Assembly: GCF_009914755.1 (NCBI RefSeq)
Contig: NC_060931.1
Strand: one strand, 5' to 3'
Length of the DNA: 64,000 nt
Source of the DNA: the human T2T-CHM13v2.0 reference genome, Homo sapiens
Positions 1 to 14,801 of the stretch are shown here, one piece after another (position 1 is the stretch's first letter; each line of letters opens with the position of its first letter). A model generated the notes under the pieces. That model was not told where the DNA came from. It was given only the letters and a program-made list of their open reading frames with translations, and made no database searches. A program made the translations under genes and the position numbers.

Positions 1-323
<323 letters not shown>

Positions 324-2266
324 AAAGTCAAGTCCTGACCACAGCCTAGGAAGCCGGCTATGACGTGGCCCTTGTCACCCTCTCCAAGTTCAACTCCCGA
401 GACTTTCCGTTTCCTCTCTGCTCCCCGCTCCGGCCTCCCATTCCTCACTCGTGTTGCATCAGATGCCTGCGCACCCTGGTGTTTCCGCATGTGCTCTTCT
501 GTTAGCCTGGAAAGTTCTTTACTCCCTCTTCATCCAGCACTACTAGATACCTCCCCCTGCCTTAGCCTAGCCAGGTCCCCTGTCATTTAGTCTCAGAGTA
601 TCTTGAATGTCTTCTTCACAGCCCAACTGACAACCCTCACTCACTCGCTGAGTGGGTGCCATCCTTTCTCTCCACCTAGAATGCAAGCTCCCTGAGGGCA
701 GGGGCTGGAACCGTCTTGTTCTTTGCCAAATCCCCAGTGCCATCTCTGGCACACAGTGGGCATTATGAAAATATTTGCTGAGTGCATAAAAGGAGGGAAT
801 CATGCATTTGAGCCCTCGGCTTGGTGCCCTGGGGATGTGGCTCCATAAAATCAGTTCCCATTTTTTCTCTCTCTTCTCCTGGGAGGTGGGTATCTGGGTT
901 CTCCTGCCAGGAGAGCTTCTCTCTCATAAGACTCCAGGTGCCTCTTGGCCTAGGCCTGCCTCCTGCTAAGTGAGACTCTTTAGGGCTAGTCTGCATCGAC
1001 TCTGCTGAGATGCAGCCGCCAGAGATGGGTAACGTGGGCAACCCTTGGCAGGTCCCTGGGAACGAGGCTTCCGAGTCATCTGGATCAACTAGTTTGAAGT
1101 TACAAACTCACCAGATGTTGGTCAGCTGGCATCTTAGTGATGAGCTGGTCCAACCCCCCTTGTTGTAGTCAAGTCACTTGTGCAAAGCCACCACTTGGCT
1201 GGGACCCCAAGCTCAGGCCCGTGCTCTCTCCATGGTCCCAGGCTTTACACTAAGGGAATGTCAACTGTTCTCTAGAATCACTTGGACTACTTTATACTTT
1301 TGTGTCTCCTTTTCCTATTCTGTATTCTGGAAAAACAAAGTTTTCCTTGTGATTGAACAGACTCTTCACACTGTGTTATTGCTGGCATTGTTCTAAATTT
1401 AGCCTTGGTTCATCCCCAGCTGGAGTGAATGACTTTAATTTGATCAGCTGCTGTCTGTGCTTGGGAGCCTCCGAAGGGGTCCTATGGCCTTTAAGGCTCC
1501 TTTCCATACTTAGATCCTGACCTGGGGCAAACACACACTCCAGCTCGTTCATGTCCAGATAAGACACCTAGAGGCCATGGCGAGGGTTCCCCCTGTCGGG
1601 GCACTATTGCTGTTGAGAGGATCAAGGCAGCAGTCAGGGCCTGAGTGTTGTCCAGAAGAAAGCACAAAGTGTACCGAGCGCTGGTCTGACAGCACTTAGG
1701 GGTGTGACAGAAACCTTCTGTCATGAAACCAGAGATTGGAGACTGTGGGAACACATCCGAATCCACATCTCCATGACAAGGTGGTGCTGATTTCCAGTGG
1801 TCCTCCCTGGTGGGGGAATCACGTAGCTCTGACGGTGGAGCGTGTTGTTGTGTTTCTCTTTCAGTATGAGCTTGTCTGTGGCCCTAGGGTTCCTCCCTTA
1901 TGAAATAATGATGCCTCCCAACACAGGACATCCCAGGCTGCAAGCCTGTCCCTTCAGCCCAGCTTCCTTACCCCTGTGCCCCAAAAGCCCACAGCAGGGC
2001 CTGCCAGAGGCTGATGACATATCTGTCACTGTCCCAAGGGGGCAGGGGCAGCGACGGAAATATTAGGCCACAAAAGGCATGCCTGCAGGCACATATGAGG
2101 GAAACACCCAAAGCCAGATGTCAATGAAACAGTAATTCGGTGGAATAGGAGAGGTCATATTCTCATGCAAGACTGTCTAAATACATAAGTCTCCTTGGGC
2201 ACAATCTCCCAGGGGACAATGGTTCATGCCGAGACAGCTATTACACTGTCTTGCTAAGAACTTCCA

Positions 2267-2902
2267 ACACACACTTACACACACACATACACACGCACAT
2301 ATGCATGCACACACACGCATGCATACACTCATGCACCCACACACACACATGCAAGCACACATACAGATACACACACATGCACAAACACACATACAGATAC
2401 ACATACATATAGGCACACACATGCACACACACAGATACACACATGCACACAAACACACGAAGGCACACACACATGCAACAAATGCACATGCATACAGACA
2501 CATGCACACACAGGCAACACACATGCATACACATACATACACACAGGCACACACAGATGTACATATGCACACGAAGACACACATGCATGCACACACATGC
2601 ACACAGACACACACATGCACACACAGAGACACACATGCATGCACATACAGGCACACACATGCAAACACATGCACACGCAGAAATGCATGTACACCCCTGT
2701 ACACACCGTACACACACATGCACACAAAAACACGTGCACACACATGCACACACATACACACATACAGATGCACACACAGACACATGCACACAGATACACA
2801 CACATGCACACATCCACATGCACACACGTGCACACACGTGCACACACATGCACATGCACACTTGCACACACGCACACACACACACATGCACACATACACA
2901 CA
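2267..2902. repeat. Degenerate (CA)n/CACATG low-complexity tract
   Basis: About 630 bp of interrupted CA, CACATG and CAGATA units. Confidence 0.95.
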
Positions 2903-4366
2903 AACCACTCCTTTTCCATTTCTCTAATTTCCAATTTTTTTTCTATGAGCTTCCTCAGACTCATGATCTTGATTCTAGAATGAATTCAGGGAGTAAGTGT
3001 GTATTATTGAAATAACAGTAAATTCAAACATGCCTAAGAAGCTTTTTGAATGTTGGGGAAACCATCTCACAGATCATTCAAATGACCCGAGGAGACACTT
3101 CACCAGGGACCCTTGGACATGTCCCTGTCCCTTCTGCCGACCTCTGTGCTGTAATATCAGGGGACAAACCTCTCGATTTTGGTTTCTCATCTCTTTGTCC
3201 CCAGGTACACTGGACTGCACTACTGTGTCAAAGCTACTTGTAGCCTGACCTGGGAAATGCACTTTTGGATTCACTCGATTTGCCACCTATTTGGGTGGTT
3301 TGGGCTGGAAACTGCCCTGCTCACACTCTTGGCTCCCAGCTGCTCCTGCTTTGGGGGCGCCTAGAGACCCCAGCTCATCCCGTGGGTCATATCCCCACAG
3401 TGGGGCCGGGGGTGCGACTGAGAGTTGTCTGGGCACCTGTCCCCAGCAGCATTGAGGATGGCGCTCAGCACTGTGTGATGTTGGCTGGTGGCCACTGCCT
3501 GTTTAGGTCGAAATGGCCCAGCCTGATGTCCACAAGCACCTCTGCGGCACACTGGCCTGCAGACCCCCGAGCATGCGCTGCATGCTTCTCACCTCTAGAG
3601 TGGCCACCCAGACAGCGATACAGACACACCAAGAAAATCCACAGGCAAGCCCAGAGGAGCCCGTTCTACTAGGGCCTTGTGAGCCTCTGTGATTTGAGTC
3701 ACGAGCTTCTTGTGGTGATTTCATTTGGCTAACATCCAACACAGTGCATTTAGAGACTCTTTCTCTTGGACATTATATGGAGGAGTGGCCATGGTTTGCT
3801 GAGAGAAATGTCCCAAAACACCCCTCAATAAAACCAAATAACAGCTCATCAACTCCTTACATTTAAAAAAAAATTGACATCTTATAAATAGCAAATATTG
3901 GATGACAATAAGGCACAGGAAAAAGCTCATAAGCCCAGATCAGCAGTCATCCTTCAATTGTTCCTTAACTACTGACTGTGCACCTGTTCTGTACCAGCAC
4001 CGCAACCTAGATGCAGGGACACCACACGAAATAAGATGACAAAGCACCTGCCCCTGTGGAGCTGAGCCACTAGCAGGAGAGACAGTCACTAAACGAATAT
4101 CTCTATCCTGTGGTTTCTGGGAATGACAGTCACATAAAAGTATAGAAAGGGATGGAGGAAAGCTAATTTAGCCAACTCAGGATCAGAATGGGGAGGTGGT
4201 TGCATCCCTCAAAATTCAGAGTAGCTGGAGTGCAAGCTTTGTATTAGCTGAGCCTGAATCCGGGCCCTGCCATTGTCCATGGTGTCCTCAGGCAAATGGC
4301 TGAACTCCTCTGGCCACCGGCTTCAAGTGCAGAACAGGGGACCAGAGTCCCATCTCTCAGGGTTGT

Positions 4367-4690
4367 TGCTGTGGACTGAATTGTGTTCCCTCCAATTCAC
4401 TCATTAGGAGCTAATTAACGTTAAAGGAGGTCATAAGGGTGGAATCCTAATCTGATAGGATTGGTGGATTTATAAAAAGAAGAGATGTCTCTGTCTCTGT
4501 CTCTGTCTCTCCCCCTCTCTGCCATGTGAGGACAAGCAAGAAGGCTGCTGTCTGCCAGCCAGGAAGACAGCCCTTACCAGAAAGGGATGGTGGATACTTT
4601 GATCATGAACTTCTGGCCTCCAGAACAGTGAGAAAATCAATGTCTGTTATTTAGGCCATCCGGTCTCGGGTACTTTGTTATGGCAGCTGG
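4367..4690 (+). mobile_element. MLT1-type MaLR solo LTR
   Basis: TGTGGACTGAATTGTGTTCCC start; GCCATGTGAGGACA, GGCCTCCAGAACAGTGAGAAAAT and TTTGTTATGGCAGC motifs. Confidence 0.7.
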
Positions 4691-5087
4691 GCTGGCTGAG
4701 GCAGTTGTTGAGAGGAACCGACAAGGTAGTTGGGGTAAAGCACACAGCACGGCCACAGCTCACTGAGCACAATGTCAGTCTCATTCCCCTTCAATTGTTA
4801 TTCTCTGTCTGGAGGATTTTCATGATGGCTTTTCTCCAAGAAGCTCCCTGGGGTCTTTGTAAATATGGGGATATATCTGACAAGAAAAATCCTTACGGTT
4901 CTTAACATTGACAATGATCAGGAACAGCAAGACATGAAAATGAGAAGGTGGCTAGAAAAGAGAGGACCCACAGAAGAAACCAACAACCACATAACACACA
5001 CACACAGGAGGAATCCTAATGCAGGAGAATAGAACATCAGGGGACCCTGAGACTGAACTCTGCATCTCATGTATTGAGATCATTCCC

Positions 5088-5450
5088 TGATATGGTTTGG
5101 CTGTGTCCCCACCCAAATCTCATCTTGAATTGTAGCTCCCCTAATCTGCATGTGTCATGGGAGGGACGTGGTGGGAGGTAATTGAATCATTGGGTGGGTC
5201 TTTCCCATGCTGTTCTCATGATAGTGAATACGTCTCACGAAATCTGATGGTTTTATAAAGGGGAGTTCCCCTGCACAAGCTCTCTTGCCTGCTACCAAGT
5301 AAGACGTGACTTTGCTCCTCATTCACCTTCCACCGAGATTGTGAGGCCTCCTTAACCATGTGGAACTGTGAGTCCATTCAACCTCTTGCCTTTATAAATT
5401 ACCCAACCTCAGGTATGTCTTTATTAGTAGCATGAGAACAGACAAATACA
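5088..5450 (+). mobile_element. THE1B solo LTR
   Basis: TGATATGGTTTGGCTGTGTCCCCACCC...AATACA with perfect 5-bp TSD TTCCC. Confidence 0.9.
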
Positions 5451-6690
5451 TTCCCTAAGCCTCTCTTTTCCTCTGAGACAGGCTTAAACTGAATAGCCCC
5501 ATCTTTGCAGGCCTTGAATAGTAATACTGTTATGTGTTATATTAACATGTACTTTACTGAAAGTCTCTGGTTTTTGTCTCTCTGAACATAGGCAGGCATT
5601 GCTGAAACTTGCAGATGACACTCCAAAATGCATTCTATCTTAAGATAAGAAGAGAGGGTGGTGAGGAAAAATTGTACATACCTTCCCCTTGATGAAGAGG
5701 TCCCCGTGGTGTGGCCGGCCTTGGTATAAGCCTTTTGGCTCTGTTAATTCATGAGGGCTGAGTCTGATTGATCCTCATGGGGAAGACTAACAAGGGAATC
5801 CTTGGCAACCATTAGGAATAACACTAATGACCCAGAAAGTGGTTCTGTCTTCATGGGGCATCATCTGTCTTGTTTACTGAGTGATCTTCTGGCTCATTTT
5901 TCTTCCAACCAGGGTTGGAATTCAATAATTCTAGTTCCTTCCCAAATTTTAGAGCTGGGAAATGCATTCCTCAGGTATCTGCTTTTCAAAAGTGAACAAT
6001 ATCTGTGGAGCTCAACTCCTAAATAGTGTGACTTTGTCTGTTTATGTGGTTCTCTTGCTGACTGCCTGGTTGCGACTGTGCCTGAACTCAGGCCTCTGTG
6101 TTTCTGAATCTTAGAAGCGGTGGTTGGCATGTCAAACTTGAAGTCATTGTCCTTTAGTTATCTGAGTGTTATAATTGAACAGCACATTTATTAACAAGAC
6201 TTTAGTAAATCCATCAGCATTCTAGGGAGCTTTGATTCATTGACCTATCTCTAATGTACGCAAAGGCTGCCATAGAGTCGCTAACAAGAATTCCATCTTT
6301 CCTCAGAACCTTCGATTCGCTAGGGTCGGAGTTCATACCTGTTTCATGAAAAATGCAAAACCATTTAATCACAGCTGTTCATAGTATGCCTATTCTAAGA
6401 GACCTCTGCTGTTCCTACCCCAGGGACCGCCAGAATAATTAAAAGTCACAGAAATCAAACAAATGGGCCTCTGGCTAAATTATAGAAGATTAACCCAGGA
6501 AGAGCACTTATTAAATAGTAAGCAGTCCCCGAAAATATTAAAGTACAAAAAGGATTAGAAATTGTTTTAAGTGTTGATTCCAACTTCAGGTGCTGTTCTT
6601 CCACTCCACTGCGGAAGGGAACAAATGGATTTTCCCGTCCTAAAGACAGTAACATTCATCACGCCCCTTGGAGGCTTAATAACATCTCGC

Positions 6691-7012
<322 letters not shown>

Positions 7013-7350
7013 AATAATATCTCACGTTAAGCAAGGAGTTGCTGTCTGCTGTGTGGCCAGAGAGAAAACAAGCCGCCATTACAGAGGGAGGTGGTATTGG
7101 GCTACTTTTTTTTGGAAACAACAGCAAAATGTGAGGCAAATCCGCTTTTAGATCCTGGTTACACTGCTGGATGGAGCTTAGCAAGCCTGTGATAGGGTAG
7201 CCTGGTGGTGGCTTGGGGGACTCCTAGCCATGTCAGACAGGACAGATGCCTTTGAGGAGAGATGGCATAGCGTTGGCTCTCAGGCCCCCATTGCAGGGGG
7301 ACCAGGCTGTTTATGGATCAGGTGGGAACCCTGTTAGAAAAATAAGAGGA

Positions 7351-7480
7351 GGCTGGGTGTGGTGGCCTACACCTGTAATCCCAGCACCTTTGGAGGATGA
7401 AGTGGGTGGATTGCTTGAGCCTAGGAGTTTGAGACCAGCCAGGGCAACTTGGCAAAGCCCTGTCTTTAGAAAAATAATAA
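7351..7480 (+). mobile_element. FLAM/Alu monomer
   Basis: Single Alu left arm with A-rich end. Confidence 0.75.
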
Positions 7481-7894
7481 TATTAGTTAATTAATTAGTT
7501 GATTTTTTTTTTTAAAGAAAGAGAAGTGGAGCTAAGGAGCACAGAGCCTGCCAGAAAGCCAAGGTGACCAGCTAGAAGGACACAGAAGAACATTACCATA
7601 GTTCTCTCTGAGCTTTTGGACTAGGGATGCTTTCATGTGGTTTTCATATCAAACATACTTTAATTTTATACTTAGCCGGGAAAGACCTAATACATACAAT
7701 AAAGGTAACACGAGACAAAACTCTCACCTAAGCCTAACATCTTAGATGCTCTACTGGGTCTCTGCAATTTCTATTAGGGACCCCATGGGTTTGAATTGCA
7801 TTCTAGATTTGTTAAGAAGATCCAAATGCTCAACCCCTTCAACCACCCCGCATCCGTCCACCCCATTTACAAAAGCCAAGTGAAAACTAAGGAG

Positions 7895-8176
7895 GGACCG
7901 GGTGCAGTGGTTCACACCTGTTATCCTAGCACTTTGGGAGGCTGAGGCGAGGGGAACACCTGAGATCAGGAGTTCGAGACCAGCCTGACTAACCTGGTAA
8001 AACCCCGTCTCTACTAAAAACACAAAAATTAGCAAGGTGTGGTGGTGGACACCTATAATCCCAGCTACTTGGGAGGCTGAGGCAGGAGAATCACTTGAAC
8101 CCGGAGGCAGAGGTTGCAGTGAGTGGAGATTGCACCACTGCACTCCAGCCTGGGTGAGAAAAAGCGAAACTCCAAA
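7895..8176 (+). mobile_element. AluS
   Basis: Dimeric Alu. Confidence 0.9.
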
Positions 8177-8385
8177 GAAAAAGAAGAAAGGAAGGAAGAA
8201 AGAAAGAAAGAAAGAGAGAAAGAGAGAGAGAGAGGGAGAGAGGGAGGGAGGGAGGGAAAGAAAGAAAGAGAAAAAGAGAGAAAGAAAGAAAGAAGAGGAA
8301 GAAGGAAAAGAAGGAAGGAAGGAAAGAGAGAGAGGGAGAGAGGGAGGGAGAGAGGGAGGGAGGAAGGAAGCTAAGGAGGAAGGTG
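8177..8385. repeat. GA-rich polypurine tract grown from an Alu tail
   Basis: GAAA/GAGA/GGAG/GGAA units, almost purely purine. Confidence 0.9.
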
Positions 8386-9104
8386 GCTTGTACAGAGGTA
8401 CAGAGGCCCTCAGGTCCTAGCCGGCACTGGTGCCTACGCAGGTTCCAATGGGCTGAGCTTTGCAAAAAGCTCATTGTGTAACCCAGGAAGCCCAAATTTA
8501 TTTCTGAGCAGATGTCTTTTCAAAGTGATTTTCCTTTTAGGAAGTGAGAGGAGAATGAAGGGGAGGTTTATCTACTTCTGATGTTAAAAAAGTCAAAACA
8601 AAATAAATTGGTGTTCATTGCAACTATTGGCCAAAGCACTATAATCACCAGGACTGGTACCTCAAACACACCTCCTGACAGCCCCTTCCATTCTAATCAA
8701 GATGTGCCCAACAGTGGTCACCCAGGGGCTGTTTACCTTTACTTAAAGAGAACCGCTGGTAGTAAGCCATAAAAATTACCATATTCACCATCTTTCTGCT
8801 TCAAAGAAGGTTTTAGATTAGCAATGGCTGGATCAATCACTGTGAGTATGTTCTTGGGAACTAAAAGCCAAAAAGAAATATTTTAAATACGTGGTATATT
8901 TTTAAAATGTGGACTCTTAATATATTTTTAAATGCAATGTAGGTAAGATTTTAAAATCACTTTCCAAATCGGTGCAAGAGTCACTCCCTCTCCCTGTTAC
9001 ATACACACACATACACACAACCCAATGGTATCCACGTGATCATCAAATGCTCCAGAGAGGTGGTTTTAGGCCCATTTTGCAATATTTAAAAAATGGAGAC
9101 TAAA

Positions 9105-9780
9105 AACAAGATATGATATATCCATCCAGAAGAATACACCTCAGTAATAAAAAGGAATGAAAAGCTCGGCATGGTGGCTTACACCTGTAATCCCAGCACT
9201 TTGGGAGGTCGAGGTGGACAGATTACTTGAGGTCAGGAGTTCGAGACCAGCCTGGCCAACATATTTGAAACCCCATCTGTACTAAAAATACAAAGTTAGC
9301 TGGGCTTGGTGGCACAAGGCTGTAATCCCAGCTACTTGGGAGGCTGAGGCAGGGAGAATTGCTTGAACCCGGGAGGCAGAGGTTGCAGTGAGCAAAGATC
9401 GCACCACTGCATCCCAGCCTGGGTGACAGCGTGAGACTTCAACTCCAAAAAAAAAAGTGAAGTACTGATACGATACATGCTACAACATGGATGAACCTCT
9501 GAAACATTACATTCAGTTAAAGACGTCAGCCGTGCACACACACACAAAACCATCCATTGCATAATTCCATTTGTATGAAATATTCAGAAAAAGCAAATCT
9601 AGAGAGAAAGTAGATGCGTGGTGACCTGGGACCGGGGGGCTGGGAATGGGACAGTGACGGCAAATGGGCACAAGGGAGCTTCGGGGCATTGTGAAAATGT
9701 TTTAAAACTGGAGGGTAGTGATGGTTGCACAACTCTAAATTTACTACAAATCATTGAATTTTATTCACGTGTAATAGAAT
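9105..9780 (+). mobile_element. L1M (L1MB/ME-like) 3' end fragment interrupted by an Alu
   Basis: AATAAAAAGGAATGAA, TACAACATGGATGAACCT, ATTCCATTTGTATGAAAT, GTGATGGTTGCACAACT motifs. Confidence 0.7.
9164..9457 (+). mobile_element. AluS
   Basis: Dimeric Alu inside the L1M fragment. Confidence 0.9.
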
Positions 9781-9823
9781 TTTAAGAAAAATAAACAACA
9801 CGTCAATAGAGTGGTTAACTCTG

Positions 9824-10104
9824 GGCCGGGCACGGTGGCTCATGCCTGTAATCCTAGCACTTTGGGAGGCTGAGGCAGGTGGATCACTTGAGTCAGGAAT
9901 TCAAGACCAGCCTGGCCAACTTGGTGAAACCCCGTCTCTACTAAAAAATACAAAAATTAGCCAGACGTGCTCACTTGAACCCAGGAAGTGGAGGTTGCAG
10001 TGAGCTGAGAGTGTGCCACTGCACTTCAGCCTGGGTGACAGAGGAAGACTCTATCTCAAAAAAAAAAAAAAAAAAAAAAAACATATATATATATATATAT
10101 ATAT
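9824..10104 (+). mobile_element. Alu with internal deletion and A/(AT)n tail
   Basis: Start of right arm missing; TSD GTGGTTAACTCTG. Confidence 0.9.
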
Positions 10105-11824
10105 GGTGGTTAACTCTGAAGATGAGCTTCCCTGGACTCAATAAAGCAAAATGACTGTGACCAACTCAAAATCCACCATCAAACTCTCCCAGCACCTGCT
10201 CTTCTGCTTTCTACCCCAAGCTCTTTGCCTCTGTGTTTCCATCGTAAATCTGGAAAGAATTCGAAGACTCTGTGCTAAAGTGATTTGCTAAATATTATCA
10301 GAAAGGACTACAGAAAGATGCAGAGAGGATGGCAGCGTGACCGACCCCTTTGAAGGTGGTTGAAGACTCTGCTGAACTGAACCTAAGAATAAGCCCTGGG
10401 ATGTCAGAATCCCCAGGCAAAGCTGCTGGCAGATGACAGCACCCGCTGAAACAGAGGACAGAGCAAGAATTCTGCAGGCCAAGCACACTGCCGCAGGCTG
10501 GGAGAAGGGAGTGGAAACCGAATATTCCTCCTGCATAAAACTGCTTATTTTTATTTGTTCCTCAGCCCAGCTGAGATCTTGGAGAAGTAGCAACAGGAAA
10601 TGGAAAGAAAGCGAAAACAAACTGCAAATTCAGTTGCACTGCTTTTTAAAAAAAGAACAAGTGAGACATCTTCAGCAGCAAGAAAACCTTGTTTCCTTTC
10701 TTGGAGGGCTTAACTAAATTCTTCTGGGGATGTCCCAGGATCAACAACCACAGGACATTCCTAGATTGTGAGTTTTCCATGTACAAGAGGCCCTGGTACC
10801 TTGGTGCCCCTCAGCAGCAAGGGAGACTTCCCAGGGAGGCCCGGTGAAGTTGCTGGAGGTGGCTGATGATTTCCAGGGCCTCGAGAAATGTCCCTTGGCT
10901 GTCCTCAGGGCCCACCACTGATCCTGGGACCATGGCAGCTTCGGAGAGCTGAGCGGAGCTGCTGCAAAATGCTTTCTGCTTTAATTACCTCGCATTCATT
11001 TCTGGGCCCAGAGAAGGATACAGTGGCCTGGGAAGTGTCAGCTCTCCCTGCCAGGGGTAGGACTTCTTTCTCATGTCTGCCTCTTGGCTTGTTCTCAAAC
11101 TGTGGCTTCAGGAGGGCCTTGGCTCTTGGCAAATGCCAGAGGCTTTACAGTTTGAGAAAGAATCAGAATTTTGAAGAGGAGCTCAGAGAGGAAGGTCATT
11201 CTAGGATGCACTTTGCAGAATCACCAGGCAGTGAAAAGGTGAAATTGGCTGTGGATGACACAGGCCACTGCAGGGAATGTGCCCCTCTACCATGTGAAAT
11301 TGGTTCTGAAATCCAGAGAATCTCTTAGGACCTTTAAAATCACCGTTGTCAACACACTTGTCAGATTTTTGCATCTCCTTGTTTCAAACTGGTTCAGAAT
11401 GAGGTCGGGGACTTGGGTGTGATTGATCACCGTCCTGCTCCACTTCAGATATGTTGGTGAAAACACTAGGGACCACTCTTCATGGAGCTCCTACTGTGTG
11501 CAGGACCCTGTTCTCAGCAGTTTAAACCAGGGCCATCTTCCTCCTCATCAACACCTTTCCTCTCCCACTCAGCAGCCTCAGCGTCTCAGCCCCTAGTGTG
11601 CAGCTAGTGCGCATACCCTAGTGTTCACCCTACAGGATGGTTCTCTTTGGAACACTTAAACCACCACCCCCAAGCTAAATTAGGCCCCCTCCACTGCTAT
11701 AGTCTTCTTCCCTTTTCTAAAATAGCATTTGTCACAATAGGGCATGATGATGTGTCTGTCTATTTGGTTAATGCTTGCCTTTCTCCCTCAACTGTTCACC
11801 CCATGAAAACAGGACCGTGTCTGG

Positions 11825-12130
11825 TTTTTTTTTTTTTTTTTTTTTTTTTTTTGAGACAGAGTTTCACCCTTCTCACCCAAGCTGAGTGCAGTGGTGAGAT
11901 CTCAGCTCACTGCCAACTCCACCTACCAGGTTCAAGTGATTCTCCTTGTCACAGCCTCCCGAGTAGCTGGGATTACAGGCATGCGCCACCATGCCCAGAT
12001 AATTTTGTATTTTTAGTAGAGACGGGGTTTCACCATGTTAGCCAGGATGGTCTCGATCTCCTGATCTCGTGATCCGCCCACCTCGGCCTCCCATAGTGCT
12101 GGGATTACAGGTATGAGCCACCACGCCCTG
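11825..12130 (-). mobile_element. AluS (Sc-like)
   Basis: Reverse Alu with long poly-T. Confidence 0.9.
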
Positions 12131-12133
12131 CAT

Positions 12134-12306
12134 TAGTTTAGTTTTTTAGAGACAGGGTTTCACTCTGTTACCCAGGCTAGAGTGCAGTGGTCCAATCATA
12201 GCTCACTGCAGCCTTGAACTCTTGGGCTCAAACCTAGGCTCAAGGGATCCTCTCGCCTCAGCTTCTCAAGTACCTGGGAATATATGAATGCACACCATGC
12301 CCAGCT
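12134..12306 (-). mobile_element. Old Alu right arm/FRAM
   Basis: AluJ-type right arm only. Confidence 0.7.
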
Positions 12307-12336
12307 TACATTTATTTGTTTAAAAGACAAGAAAGA

Positions 12337-12473
12337 GGCCAGGCACAGTGGCTCACAAGTGTAATCCCAGCATTTTGGGAGGGAGGCTGAGGTAGGAGGA
12401 TCACTTGAGCCCAGAAGTTGGAGACCAGCCTGGGAAACATAGCAAGGCCTCATCTCTAAGTTAAAAAAAAAAA
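12337..12473 (+). mobile_element. FLAM monomer
   Basis: Single arm with poly-A. Confidence 0.75.
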
Positions 12474-12836
12474 AGCAATAAAGATGACATGATACCAAAT
12501 CAAATCATTTCCTTTCCTAGGAAAAGGGCAAAAACAAGGCACGGTGTCAGTTAAGAATCCCTCTTTAGAGAAGCATGAAAAGTCTGCCCCAAATCTGGTA
12601 AAACCAGGAACAACTGACGGTCAAACTGATGGTGCATTCTAGGTTAGGATGATTTGGACCAGGTTGTACTTTGTTCCCAAAGAATTCAAGGAAAAGTTAG
12701 TTTGTTTAATCCGCTTATCATGGTAAAATCTTTCTTTGCAATGTCATACAAAGTTGGCATTGTGTGTGCACTGTTGAAGAAAACATAGTTAATTGTTTTT
12801 TTAAAAGACTGTATTCCAAAACCATTTAATTAGTAA

Positions 12837-13164
<328 letters not shown>

Positions 13165-13603
13165 CCTTTGAGTACATTTTCTAAGAACTTGGTCATGAGT
13201 TCAGATGTCTGCCTCAGAGATACATGTGGCTTCCTTTAAAGAACCCACCTTCCCTTTCTATAGGAGTATTTATGGGAGATATGAGCCTGGAGGTTGGAAT
13301 CTATCCTGGTTGTACTTTGCTATACTGAAGTAAGGAGTAAACCTACAACTAAATTCATACTGAAGTATACAAAGGGGGCTCTACAATAGATAGGAATTCT
13401 GTTTAGTTTTGTTGGGTAACAATTTCTTTGAGAAGCAAATAATAGCTCACCTACAAAACTGGTGATCTGTATAAGTTGGGATTTTTCATGGATCAGTTTT
13501 GCTTGGAATGAACTACCTAATCACAAATATATTTATACCCAGAGAGAGAGAAGGAGTGTCTGTTGAAACCGTATCATCTTAACGTGTCTATAAAAGGCAA
13601 TAC

Positions 13604-13800
13604 CTGGAAGGTGGTGGGTGCCACACAGGTTAAGCTGTCTTCCCTCTGGGAGGCAGGCTTCTGGGAACTACACATTTGGTAATCTTGCCCATAAAATGCC
13701 GATTGGACACTTATCGTAGAATGCCGAGGGCACTGTAGATTGAAATAGTCCCCATCACAGGCATATGTGGTGTGGTTTTGCAGGAGTTTGGTTAGGTAAC
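13604..13800 (-). pseudogene. EVA1CP3: Orphan EVA1C (C21orf63) exon, N-terminal part of first SUEL lectin domain; paralog tentatively EVA1CP3
   Basis: Translates GYLTKLLQNHTTYACDGDYFNLQCPRHSTISVQSAFYGQDYQMCSSQKPASQREDSLTCVAPTTFQ, near-identical to EVA1C; 197 bp bounded by AG and GT; no other EVA1C exon seen. Paralog number is tentative. Confidence 0.88.
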
Positions 13801-14003
13801 CTGGTAAATATTCAGTCGGGTTACAAGAGTTCCAGAAACCCACCACTCCTCCTTGGGTTTGGGGACAGGAGGACGTTGGTTCCCCTGGGGAAGGGCTGTT
13901 GAGTTAACAACATGTGGGGTGGGGCCTCCCTAGCAGCTCTGGTGCAGAGGTCACCAAACCAGGCCCAGAGGTGGGGCACAGGAGCCAATGTCAGCTTTCA
14001 TGT

Positions 14004-14801
14004 TGATATGGAAGGGGGGCAGGGGAGTGCTGGGTAGAGAAGGGTGGGGTCACTGTCGAGGGCTCTGCCCTCGGGCTTGTGCCCTTGGACCTTAGTGAGA
14101 ACAGGCACTCCTGTTTTCTTGTCCAAATGTTGCATTTTCCAAGACTACTCTGGCCTGCTATGACCCCCATCCTGTGCCCATAAAAAACCCAAGATCCTAG
14201 TGGGCACAGACACAAGTGGCTGGACATCGAGAGGAGCAGAGAAGCAGGAGAGCACACTGAAAGACATCAGCAGATGCTGGCAGGCTTTTGACAGTGGGGA
14301 GATGTGGAATTCAGTAGGGGGTGGTCGGAGGAGAGTGTGGCTACTAGGCAGCCCGACTCTAGCAGAAGATCACCTTCCCACTCCATCCCCCTTCTGGCTC
14401 CCCATCCATCTGAGAGCCACCTCCTCCACTCAATAAAATCTTGCATTCATTCTCCAAGTCCACGGGCAATCTGATTTTTCAAGTACACTAGGGCAAGAAC
14501 CCGGGATACAGAAAGCCCTCTGTCTTTGTGATAAGGCAGAGGGCCTAACTGAGCTGATTAACACAAGCCACCTGCAGATGGCAAAACTGAAGGAGACCAC
14601 TGTAACACATGCCCACTGGGGCTTCGGGAGCTGTAAACACCCAATTCCACACGCTTCTGTGGGGCCAGATCCCAGAAATGCTCCCCACGACATGCCCCTC
14701 TACACGCTCCCTCTAGGGGTTTGAGCAGCAGGGTACTGAGAAGCGAGCCATGCCCCTGTAGCATGCCCTGCAAGGGGGATAAGGGTACTCCTCCTGTTTC
14801 A
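14004..14801 (+). mobile_element. ERV1-class solo LTR (LTR1-like)
   Basis: TG...CA termini, 4-bp TSD ATGT, CATAAAAA TATA-like box, AATAAA at about 14432. Confidence 0.8.

Noticed and set aside
2177-3015. Long His/Thr- and Cys/Val-rich ORFs on both strands
   Set aside because: Artefact of the stop-poor CA repeat
8037-8495. Lys/Glu/Arg-rich and Ser/Leu/Phe-rich ORFs
   Set aside because: Translation of an Alu and its GA-rich tail
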